This document shows positions 25,776-36,399 of a DNA stretch of 64,000 bases, piece after piece. Numbering within the stretch: the first letter of the stretch is position 1; each line of letters begins with the position of its first letter. Origin of the DNA: Paraspadella gotoi. Lineage: Eukaryota > Animalia > Chaetognatha. The translations under genes and the position numbers were made by a program. The DNA lies in NCBI GenBank assembly GCA_051294375.1, contig JBJCIZ010000239.1, positions 4,776,953 to 4,840,952 of the forward strand, written 5' to 3'. The notes beneath the pieces were generated by a model, which was given only the letters and a program-made list of their open reading frames with translations, searched no databases and was not told the origin of the DNA.

Positions 25776-26828
25776 GTTCCCTTTTTCGTCGACGGGTAAA
25801 TTTATGATCGACTCTTGTTTTGAGGAAAGAAAAAAAAATTGGAACGAAAAACTTAAGTGTATTGTGCAATAGAGGAAAGAGAAAAGGAGAGAAGAAGAAT
25901 AAGGAAAGAGAAAAGGAGAGAGGGAGGAAAAGTAAAAAAGAAAAAAGGAACGAAGGAAGGACAAAAAAAGGAGAGAGGAGGAAACAGAAAAAAAAAGGAA
26001 AGATAATAATAAGTAAAAGAAAAAATAGGATAGAGATGTAAATCAGAAGGAAAAAGGATTTAGTAAATCTTACAACTCAATTGTATACTATTGTAATATA
26101 TTGTATTTTGTTGCATTTTATTCATTGATGAGCTATGTTATTTTAATTTAAAGTGGGTTAGGACCATAACCAACAAACCGTCCATCCATTGAATTGATAA
26201 TTCAGTAGAAGTGAGAAGTGAAAGAGAGTGAGAAGTGAGAAGTGAGAAGTGTTTGTGATTAAAAGAAATCGACTGTGAAAAGTGAAAAAAAAGAAAGAAA
26301 AGTGACTCGTCGTCTGTGAGCGCGCGAAGAAAACGCTCGAAGGTTAATCACTTCCGGATATGGAGTGAGTGCGTGGGCNNNNNNNNNNNNNNNNNNNNNN
26401 NNNNNNNNNNNNNNNNNNNNNNNNNNNNNNNNNNNNNNNNNNNNNNNNNNNNNNNNNNNNNNNNNNNNNNNNNNNNNNNNNNNNNNNNNNNNNNNNNNNN
26501 NNNNNNNNNNNNNNNNNNNNNNNNNNNNNNNNNNNNNNNNNNNNNNNNNNNNNNNNNNNNNNNNNNNNNNNNNNNNNNNNNNNNNNNNNNNNNNNNNNNN
26601 NNNNNNNNNNNNNNNNNNNNNNNNNNNNNNNNNNNNNNNNNNNNNNNNNNNNNNNNNNNNNNNNNNNNNNNNNNNNNNNNNNNNNNNNNNNNNNNNNNNN
26701 NNNNNNNNNNNNNNNNNNNNNNNNNNNNNNNNNNNNNNNNNNNNNNNNNNNNNNNNNNNNNNNNNNNNNNNNNNNNNNNNNNNNNNNNNNNNNNNNNNNN
26801 NNNNNNNNNNNNNNNNNNNNNNNNNNNN

Positions 26829-26930
26829 AACCGGCCCTCCTAATTCTAAGACCGGCGCCCCGAAGACGCCGCCCAGGATTACAAAGAAGAAACCGGCGCC
26901 GACGGCGCCCATTGCTAGCGCGACCCCCAT
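26829..26930 (-). CDS. Probable first coding exon of a secreted or membrane protein; continues into an N gap
   Basis: aaaATGg start; MGVALAMGAVGAGFFFVILGGVFG|APVLELGGP looks like a signal peptide; GC-rich leader upstream. The antisense frame (…PKRRR*) is an alternative reading. Confidence 0.4.
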
Positions 26931-27032
26931 TTTGACTCCAAAACGACGCCGTTAATTTTCTCGGCACGCCGACTTAAATGCCTTTGATATCGATTCCATG
27001 ACGCTTTCAATTCCGGCGTCTGGTTCCTCGGT

Positions 27033-27071
27033 GGCGGCCAGGGGGCGTGGAGACCGAATTAAAAATGGCGG
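27033..27071. promoter_or_regulatory. CTCF-like and YY1-like motifs
   Basis: cggccagggggcg at ~27035 and aaaatggcgg at ~27062, just upstream of the candidate minus-strand start. Confidence 0.35.
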
Positions 27072-27259
27072 GACACTCTATAACATACTTTTGGTAACCC
27101 CCCCTAAAAACCAAATAAAGTTGCCCTATAGGTAATAGTAATAGTAAGCCATATTGTTACAATAACCTGGAGTATCTGAAATTGGTATAAAAATTATTCA
27201 ATAAATACGTAAGCCATCATGGCTTTTGACAGGTCATAGGTCATAGGTCAAGACCTCAA

Positions 27260-27330
27260 TCACTGTTAATGAAGACTCTCTCACACTCTCGTTTATTCAC
27301 TCCGAGAGTACCCGGATTCCCTGTCAATTA
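27260..27330 (+). repeat. Dispersed repeat family B, partial copy
   Basis: aagactctctcacactctcgtttattcactccgagagtacccggattccctgtcaat. Confidence 0.7.
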
Positions 27331-27994
27331 AGTGCTACAATATTTCAAAACATTTACAATTTTTGATCAAACTACAGAGCCAATTAATACTGTTTTTAAT
27401 GATTTTTAAAAAAAAATGCTGAATTAAGCCCTAAAATTGTTTTTCTTTATTTTTAAATTTATCTTAAATATTTCTTTTACCCTCAAGCCCTTATTCTTTT
27501 GGCTTCATATATCCACCCATTTACACGCCCCTGTATCCACCCTTCTACACGTCCCTGTACGGTCGTTGGTCCGCGATTCTTCAGACCGGAAATGCCCGGG
27601 AAATTATTCCGTCCATCCGTCCGTCCGTCCGTTCGTCCGTCCGTTCGTTCGTCGCGTCCAGTTTCGTCTGCGGACGCGACAGACCGGAGAAAAAAAAAGG
27701 GGAGTTGAGGGTTCAAGACCGAAACCTTAGGTCTCCGTGGGGTGCATAACAAAGTCTTGGGCCACTCTAGGGTTCCAGGTCAATTTGTATGTTTAAAAAA
27801 AGAATGGAGCGAGGTTTAAACGCATCAAACTATCATGATCGGGAATATTATATATTTTGTAGAAATGAATTGTCAAATGTGGAATTTATATGTCATTATC
27901 TTGTAAGAGTGAAAGATCTAAAAACAATCAAAGCCCGTCCAAAGTCAGAATGTGGGAATTTCGCATCTTCATGAATGTTCTTTCGCAGGAATGA

Positions 27995-28110
27995 AACGGG
28001 TCCATGGCTTGGGCGTCCTCGCGATTTCCGTAGGGTAGGTACAATTGGGGATCGATCCCGGTACCAAATGGTCATGAGCTGATGGTATTACTCAATGAGC
28101 CACGGGGTCA
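27995..28110 (-). mobile_element. tRNA-derived SINE, copy 4 (internally deleted)
   Basis: Minus strand gtggctcattgagtaataccatcagctcatgacc...gggatcgatcccc..tacctaccct, joined directly to ccatggacccgtt. Confidence 0.75.
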
Positions 28111-28173
28111 CGAGTGAATACAGACTGGGTGAACGACTGTACCATCTTCATTGTCGTCGTCGTCGCCTTCATT

Positions 28174-28205
<32 letters not shown>

Positions 28206-29529
28206 GGCGTGGGAGAAAGTCGAGAAAATTGGAAGAAATGGGTCACCGAATTCGATGGAAGAAAGACGTTATATCCACATGGTCCATTGCCGTCAGNNNN
28301 NNNNNNNNNNNNNNNNNNNNNGTGGGAGTGTAGGAGAAATAAATTACTGCAATCCCGCTTACGTACGTGCTTGACAGTGTTCAGAAACCTACGTGTGACC
28401 TTCGTCCAGAACCAACCACGCGACTGCATGCCTTCTTCCTCTAAATGGCGTACCACCTGATGGTCTTCTTTCTGGCCACAAGCTTTTACTTGGACCTACC
28501 TGGGTTCTCTTTCGATCCTTAGACCGCGTTCCGTCATCCAGCCACGTCCGAGCACCTTATCGCTTGTTGAGAAGGAGAGTTCGAAGAGACATCTCCTCAA
28601 TTTTTCGGCTGAGCCGCGTAGTGCTTGTCGAGAATGTGTCTCAAGTTTTTGCGAATTTGTTTTTGCGTGACACACTTTAATGTGGGAGCGGGAGAAATAA
28701 GAAGTGAGTAGCGGGTTAGGAAATATTGGAAAGAGAGTGAGATGATAAACTTCTGACTTTCAGCAAACATAACACACAGGATACACACACTCTCACATAC
28801 GACGCTAACTTTTTTTTTCCCGAGGAACACGGACCTTCACTGGGCCTTCCGAAATTTAAGAAGCTCTTCGACGGGTGCTATGCTTTTCCTCGGGCGGTTG
28901 TAGGTATCACGAGTCACCTCTTCCCCGCCTTCATTCTCTCTTTACCATCAATATGTTTTTTCGCGTCTTCTGGAACTCGCGCGTCCAGACGGCATCAAAT
29001 CTGTCGGCAAACGTCCTCCGTCTTGCTCGAATCCAGAGCGAGAAACTCCTCGAAAAACAGAATGCAGCATACCATCGGCTGTTGAGGACTGATTCCTAGT
29101 CGAGGTATCCCGAATTCGAGGAAAACGCCAAGGCAGTGCATCCGAAGGAAGCCCTCGCTCGACGCAGTCACGGTAGGCGCCCGCTTTCGGATTTGGAAAT
29201 CCGAAACGGTGCAAGACCTCGATCGGGACTTGGCGCTCAGGAACTTTCAAGACTAAACTGAAGAAGCAGGGCAGATGGGGACGCACGGGACGTTGGAAAG
29301 CGGATCGATCGCATTGTTGGTTGTGCCTTTCTTTCTCCGTCAAAGGTAACCCTGTGGAGTAGGAAAGGAAGCAAAAACGGATTTGATGCGTGTGAGACAG
29401 AAGAGGTAAATGACAAGAAAGAGAGGTTATACGACCCTAAATAGTTTATTGTAACACCTCCAGAGTTTTAAGGGAACTAAATTGGGTGTCGCTTGAAATA
29501 ATTAAATACTTATTCGCCGGAACTGAATG

Positions 29530-30609
29530 TCAGAGCTTGAACTCTCTCGAAGTTTTTTGTTTTTTTGGATCAGATTTATTTCGAGAGACTCGCATCGCAT
29601 AAACTGTTTCAAAAATTGAAAAAACGTACAAACGTTGACGCATGCGGAGTGGATTCCGTTTTGTTCCTAGAGAAAGTTCCTGCCGTTTCTTAAACCAATT
29701 GGAGAAAAAAATATAAATCTGAGCTCGCGCAACATTAGCTAATTTTGATAATTCTTATTAAGGCTCCCAAGAGAAAAATTTAAATCGAAAAACAGTCATG
29801 CTTTAAGAAACGAATGTTTTGGCATGTGTAGAAAGGTTTTTTTTTTTATGGTTATAATATTAATTATTCGGTTACATGGCCCACTCCTGCACTCGTATTA
29901 ACCTGCCTTTTCTATCCTCTCCGTATAAATCATATTTGGCCACTCTCCTTTCCTTACTCTACTAATTGTTCTCTTGCTCCTAGATCTCATTTTTTTCATA
30001 CTACACTAATTTCAGGCTTCTCTACTTATCCCAATAGGAAAATACAGTTACTAATCTTACTATATTCTTCCTCCCCACCTAATAATTTATTCCTACATTA
30101 CCATCTCTACCAGTCTCATCCTATAAAACTTATTAAACTATTCTTTCAATATTTTGGTATGCCCTTCCTTTCTCCTCTGTCGTCATTCTCCTGACCTCTC
30201 TCGTTCCTCTCTCTCTCATACTTCGCATCCAATCTTCCCCATATTTTATTCCTAGTACTCTAATAACTCTACATTACATACATTGCAGGTCTTTCATCGA
30301 ACTCAATAAATTTTTCCACATCTTTTCCGCAATTCTTTTCAGACCCGACTGGCAACTTTGATTGCCAACAGTTCTTCCTCCACCAATAACCTTTTCTCCA
30401 GAACGGTTATAATAGCACTTTTTTTGAACAACAAAACTACACTAAAGGGTTTCTTAATAGTTGAGCCCCGGTGACCTTTCCAGCCCTGAAAGTAAAACGA
30501 ATTAAAAAAAATAACCACCCACGACCCTCTTAAGATTCGGAAATTAAAAACAAATAAATTACAAGAATTAACCCAAAAGAAGAAAAATGCCGCGAAGAAA
30601 ACTAAATTT
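29530..30609 (-). pseudogene. Unidentified long reading frame interrupted only by TAA/TAG
   Basis: Manual translation: 359 codons, no TGA, 13 TAA and 8 TAG; protein-like core ...GLKRIAEKMWKNLLSSMKDLQCM*CRVIRVLGIKYGEDWMRSMRERG... Confidence 0.35.
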
Positions 30610-31149
30610 TCATTGAACCATCCTGGAATATGTTCGTTAAGGCTGGGACTAACTTTTGTACCGATAAGTCCTTTCGTTTGTTGCTCTCTAAATAATAGTA
30701 GTAAATGTACAGGCCAAAACAAAGAAACCTTTCTTCGCCGCTTTTGAACACACACTTTATTTCCTTTTTAAATGCTCAAAACCTCGGGACAAGTTTCGAC
30801 TCCCAGACGTCCGTCTTGCATTCAGAGCATTGATATATTCTGCCACTGCTTCAACACCTTCTGTATATTGCGAGCTTTATAAGAGATAGCCGCGCGACCC
30901 CGTATTGAGAATAGTGCGGATTGACCATGACCGCCTTCAATTCTCATAACGAGTATAAACGGCTGGAGGTGTTCCGCCTCTTCTCTCCTCTCTCTCTCTC
31001 AATATCTCGCTCTCCTTCTCTGCTCTCCCTGAAACCAATATAAAAAAGTTTGTGAAAGTATCTTTTTTCAATTGCTGTAGAAGGGACTCGCCAAACTAAT
31101 CGAAACTTTGTCCATTACATAAAGAAAAGTAAATCCTTGGTTGTGAGTT

Positions 31150-32095
31150 GAAAGCGCCCGAAAAAATTTCGTTTTTCCCTTTAAGGCCTTATAACTTCTA
31201 AATGATTTGATCCTTACAAAGAAATGGAAGAACGCGTTCGATATATAGGATAAATAATGGCTGTGGACAAACTATATATCCGGAAACATTATATAAAATC
31301 CATTTTTTTTAAACATGTTTATGTTATGTCAACCCTTATTCTAACACTAGATAAATCCATATACATTTTTCACTATAAAAATAGTTATTTTGCCCTGGCA
31401 TCTCATCTCACTTTTCCGATCTTGAAAACCTAATTTATCTTGTCTCTGGGTTAATTTAATTCGTAATAAATATAGTATACGGGGTATGCTTTACCTCATG
31501 TTTGGGAGGCTAAAGAACTCAAATGTCTCACATCTCGTAAATTGTAGTTTTCTAACTCACCCAAATAATATACTAGTAACGTGCTCATTCGGGTGGGTAG
31601 AATCTGGAAATTGAGATGAAAATATTGGAGAGCGGATGGTAAAATCAATAGAATTTTTGCCTCCTTTAGAGTATAAATGTAATAAAGAGATAAACTAAGA
31701 GCCAACATTTTCAAAAATTGGGCTTCCTTGACCAAGGTCCATAACAGTATCAAAATTAGGTTCAAATTTCTTTATATAAAAGTTATCCAAGACCTCAAAT
31801 CCATTAAAAAATTTTATTAAATTGTATATATAAGTTCCTTACTACCATTTTAAAACACTTTCCTCCGATATATTTGCCTGAAAATAAATACTCTCTACCA
31901 CACTCTTCTTCGTGAAGATGGAAAAAATATGCTCTTCTACTGACCCTATTTGGTAGTTAATATGCTTATGAAAAATGACTAAAACATTTATCATGTAATA
32001 GTTTGTACCTCCCATAATCCGAGAAGTAAGCAATAGCATAAAGAATATGAAGCAATATTATCTCAAATTAACACCATTTCTTATTCTTATCTCAA
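31150..32095 (-). pseudogene. Decayed protein-primed family B DNA polymerase (DNA_pol_B_2-like; Polinton/Maverick or linear-plasmid type)
   Basis: Colinear motifs across frameshifts: *FEIILLHILYAIAYF (ExoI-like), YIYNLIKFFNGF (ExoII-like), ILLILPSAL, LENYNLRDV (ExoIII YxxxD), LSSLAS, NVYGFI, KNGFYIMFP..FVHSHYLS. Judged by eye. Confidence 0.55.
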
Positions 32096-33539
32096 ATTTT
32101 TATTTGAAATTTCAACGATTTTGCGCGAACACTCGAAACATTACCTCCCAGAAAAAGCCCACTTATTCAAGCTTACATTGTAAGTACAGTATTAATAGAT
32201 AGTCTTGACAATGTAAAAAAAAACGCATAGCACGATTTTCTAGCTGCTGTGAAAATTATCACTCTAGTGCTCTTGAAACCGCGCCACGCTCGCTAAATTA
32301 TATGATAATATCGAACGGATTCGGTTTTTTTAGTGTCGATTGTTTAGCTTTGTATGTTGGTCTACAGTTAAATTTGTAACATACCTCGACTTCAAGATTA
32401 GAAAATGATTTTTCTTTCTTAGCCCTCCCAAGCCCTTATTCTTTTTGCCTTCCATAAATATCCACCCCCAGACCTCTAAACTTACCGCCCCTCAGCTTGT
32501 AATCCAAACCTCTACTTCTCAGATACACCAAATCCCCCAACCCTGTTACCGTCCGTTGCGTCCGCCGATAAGGTCTTCATTCACGGAAACTTTCGTATTA
32601 GCGAGAATGGCCATCTCGAAACTAGACTTTCTTATTCATTTTCCTCTCTATTCCATGCGCTGACTGTCTAGCTGGTACTGCCAGAAAAAATTCTGACGGT
32701 CAAGTAACTCGTCTCGTGTACCGTACACGCTGTTTTTTCCGCGCCGAACCCGCCAGGTGTTGCCCTCATTTTCCATCGAACTCTTTTACGTCTTTTGCTT
32801 TAGATTGATTACTGTCTCCCAGCGAGTCCTGTCAGTTTGATCCAGCTCCTCTCTAGTGTGGTCCTAGTTCGGAGCTATTGAGAGACCTGAGCAACCGGAA
32901 GAAAAAAAGTCAAAAGGATTAAGCAGAGAGTGAGAGTTTAGTGTCCTTCTATCGCGCAGCGCCACTCTTATCTCTCACATTGGTTATCCTCCAGTAAAAG
33001 AATCCCTATAAGCGATCTTCCGCCTGTTTGGGATTTGTGTAGGGGACGAATGGTAATGCGTTGGAGATTACTATCCATAAGACAAAGTTTTACCATATTC
33101 CTGTCAGCGTTTCGCTTTTGCGATTAGTTTCTCCACTTGTTGATTTTCGTCAGTTTCGTACTACGTCATTTCAATTTCCTGCTTACTCCTATGGTTTTTA
33201 TCAATATTTCAAGATGTTTGTAATGAAGTGGGGTTTTCCTGCATTGAGTGGTTCCCAGGTCCTAAACGTGATATATTCTTTCGTGATAATTGTCTGTTAG
33301 TGTATAGACAAGAAATGACAAAATAGTGAGGGTAGTCAAAGGTTCAAAACCGCCCACAGAATTCTTCTCCCATAATCTATATTTCACTTCATGATACCAA
33401 GCGTAGAGCTTTATAATTGTCATCTCTTAAATTCTTTTTTATCTCAGTATATAGATGTGTATAATGTTTTTAGTTAGAGCCGTCAATCTTCCACATTGTC
33501 CTCAGAGAATAGTTCCGTGATTTCATTCTTCTCTGCACG

Positions 33540-34600
33540 CCGAATCAGATCTTGTCCATTTCTTCTTGTGTGTAATGCGTAGTGAAGAAACTCCTAACAA
33601 ATAATATCTTTCTCCAAAGCCCCCGTCCCAGCAAGAATATGATCTCGTGTGAGTTTAAAATTTCTCTGCTTTATAGTATTATATTTCCAATTGCTATCGG
33701 CAGAGTGTTCGTTTCTGCCAAGGTATGATCGAGAACAGCGGGATCATGCCATGTCGGGTGTCGAGTTTTTCTTGTCTAATTTATAAGATGTTGAATATAT
33801 TTCTTTATGTCTGTTACATAAAATGGTTTGAAAACCACCAATAAGATTTCCTACGCTCAATTCGGTAGGTCACCGACAAACTGTTAAAAAATTTGGAGTC
33901 ACCACAAGTTCGATGTTAAATCCCTTGATCTTCCCTTTCTCTGTTGCCAGTTTTAGCAGTTTTGCGTTTGTACCATTCAATCCACTGGAGCTGATTGGAA
34001 ATGGAATCGGCTGAAATCTTCATTGGCCTATGGAACTATAGTGACCTCATTTAATGGTCTATCTGAAGCCGGTTTATTTGTTCCATCATACTTGAGTAGT
34101 AATTGCAATTCCCATCATCATTTGTTACCTCGTTGTATCATCGGTTGTCATCATCGTTGCTCCAAGTTAACATTTTGCGCTCTGCGGTTTTTGCTCCTCT
34201 ACGATATTTGGTCGTTTCGTGCGGTTATTCCATGCGAATGCGGGTGGCGTTCCCATTCGGCGTCGTCGTCTCTTCCGTCATTGTCGAGCCAATCAATTTG
34301 GTTTCCATTCGTTCGCCAATCTGTTGCAGTCGTCTACAAATTACTTGTCCCCATGGGAAGTCCTGTTGGCCGAATCTTCAGTCCGTCTCAAACTCGTTCA
34401 TGGAGGAAATCGTTCGCAATATCTTCAGTCGTCTCAATCTCGTGCGCTATGGTGATCGAACTTTGCAAATGCCAATACGTCTTCATTTCCGCACACTTTC
34501 GGTTTAGCCGGGGGTTGTCTACCTCTTTGGTCGTCATCGCATTTTTCCGTTCGTCTCACCCTCACTTCTTTTTCTTTTCATCTCGCTCCGTCCCGTGGTC
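33540..34600 (-). mobile_element. Decayed DIRS-like retrotransposon fragment (RT core; possible RNase H and tyrosine recombinase remnants)
   Basis: One frame gives DNPRLN ... TTEDIANDFLH ... V*DGLKIRPTGLPMGTSN ... WRTNGNQIDWLDND in RT motif order. Weaker MTTDD and FLTVCR*PTEL lie downstream. Confidence 0.5.
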
Positions 34601-36399
34601 TGGTAGCTTCCCTTATCCCGGATTTGTGCCCAGTGTGTGAATACGTGTCGTTCCGTCCGTCTTAACCTGTCTAGATTCCCGTCGTTGATGCCACTTTTTC
34701 GTTCCACCAGAAAGAGGGGGACGCGTTTTCTTACCCCGTTGACCTTTCGGTTACCGTAACTAGTGCTTATACTCCGATGATTTTTATTATGTTTAAACAG
34801 TATATTAGATGAGAAATTAAGATGAGAAAGTCGAAAAAATATTGTGAGCGTGAGAGAGTGAAAAGCAATGGCTGATCGGGATGTCTACACCACGCCACCC
34901 AAGAAAACATCTAATAAATTTCCCGAAAAATGAAGTAAATAAAGAAATTAAAAGACGTTATATAATCCCAACACGAAGTTGAAGGATAGATTCATTTTTT
35001 TTAGCCGTTTATCTACAACGTGATCTACAACGCCCGTTCAGAACGATTTGGATCGAGAGAACTGAGAGTAATTCTTTAAAAGAGAATGCGGAATAAGCCG
35101 AGAAGGCGGAACGTAGCCAAAGATTGTTTTGATAATACAAGATAGAAATGAGGGAAAAAATAGAAAATTGACACACTGTGGTTAATCACAAAGAAACCGA
35201 GCCCGAACTGTATTCTTAGCACTTTTGACATTTTCAGAAGTGCCTGAAGTAAATCAGTATGGAAGTATAGAATTAGAGACGATCTTTTTCTCACCTATTT
35301 TGTACAGACGCCGAAGACAGGTAAAATGTCTATGCCGTTGTCCAGAAGTCTGTGTACGAAAGATTTTTCTGCCGAACGGCCGCCCAAGCCATCGTTGATG
35401 TCGGGGAAGAGCAGCCATGCAAACAACTTGTATTTAATTTTGTCTACCGAGAAAAAGATTATTAAATTAATGCGTAAGCATAAAGATAGACGCTCTGTAG
35501 TGGTCCAACTTGTAAGACTGAATTTATTTACCCTTTGCCAAGGGTGTAAAGAAAATAAAAATAATTCGTTACGACGGAGAGACGTTTGAACTCTTTCAAT
35601 TAATTGAGTGTCATTAATTCTTTAAAAAAACAAAAATCTTAGATTTAGAGGTGAAATTTTGAAGAGAAGAGAACATCAGTATTATATATACGCGGAACCT
35701 TAATTTAATTTTTTCGTATTCTTTGTAGAAGAAAAAAGGTTGGAAAGAACAACTTGGCGGAAGAAGAAGACGAAGCAATTAACAAATGAAGAACCGAACA
35801 TCTGTAGTTTTAAAATATTTAAAAGAGTAAAATGGCACATAATTATCGTCAACTAAGCGGTGGAACATATGGAGACAACCAATGTCAGGGGCCTGATAGA
35901 AATGACAAAGCCTTCTTTTTATGTTAAGTTCACCACACGATTTCAAGGTTAAAATTTGGTGCAAGTTCATTGTTCCAAATAAACTTACTTAGTTTAACAC
36001 AGAGACATGTAGTGGTGAGATATATAACTATATTTATGTGATAATTAATAATTAAATAATTATTTTGCCTATGTAAGAAGCATAAACTTAAGCTGAAAAC
36101 GACTGTAATGCTATATATAGCCAACTCAATAGTCGATTCCCGTAAGATTATGAATGAGATGAAATAATATACGGGAAATGAAAAAAAGGCACGGAAAATA
36201 AAAGGAAGAGGAATGATAATCAGAACAATATGGATAAGGGGAAAGCTGAAGATACATGCGATGAAAATGAGATGGAATAGAGATGGAAAGATGACTATGG
36301 AAGACAGATAAGTTATCTTACTTTGTTTATATATTCATCTGTGCACGCTCGGTCGGTGAATGGAATAGAGTAGAAAGAGCAGAGAAGAGAGAAGACTGA

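Noticed and set aside
28040-28110. Possible tRNA-Met gene
   Set aside because: No convincing acceptor stem, and the head is always attached to the same downstream body in multiple diverged copies, so it is a SINE head.
34023-34640. 205 aa plus-strand ORF
   Set aside because: Better explained as the antisense shadow of the RT remnant on the minus strand.
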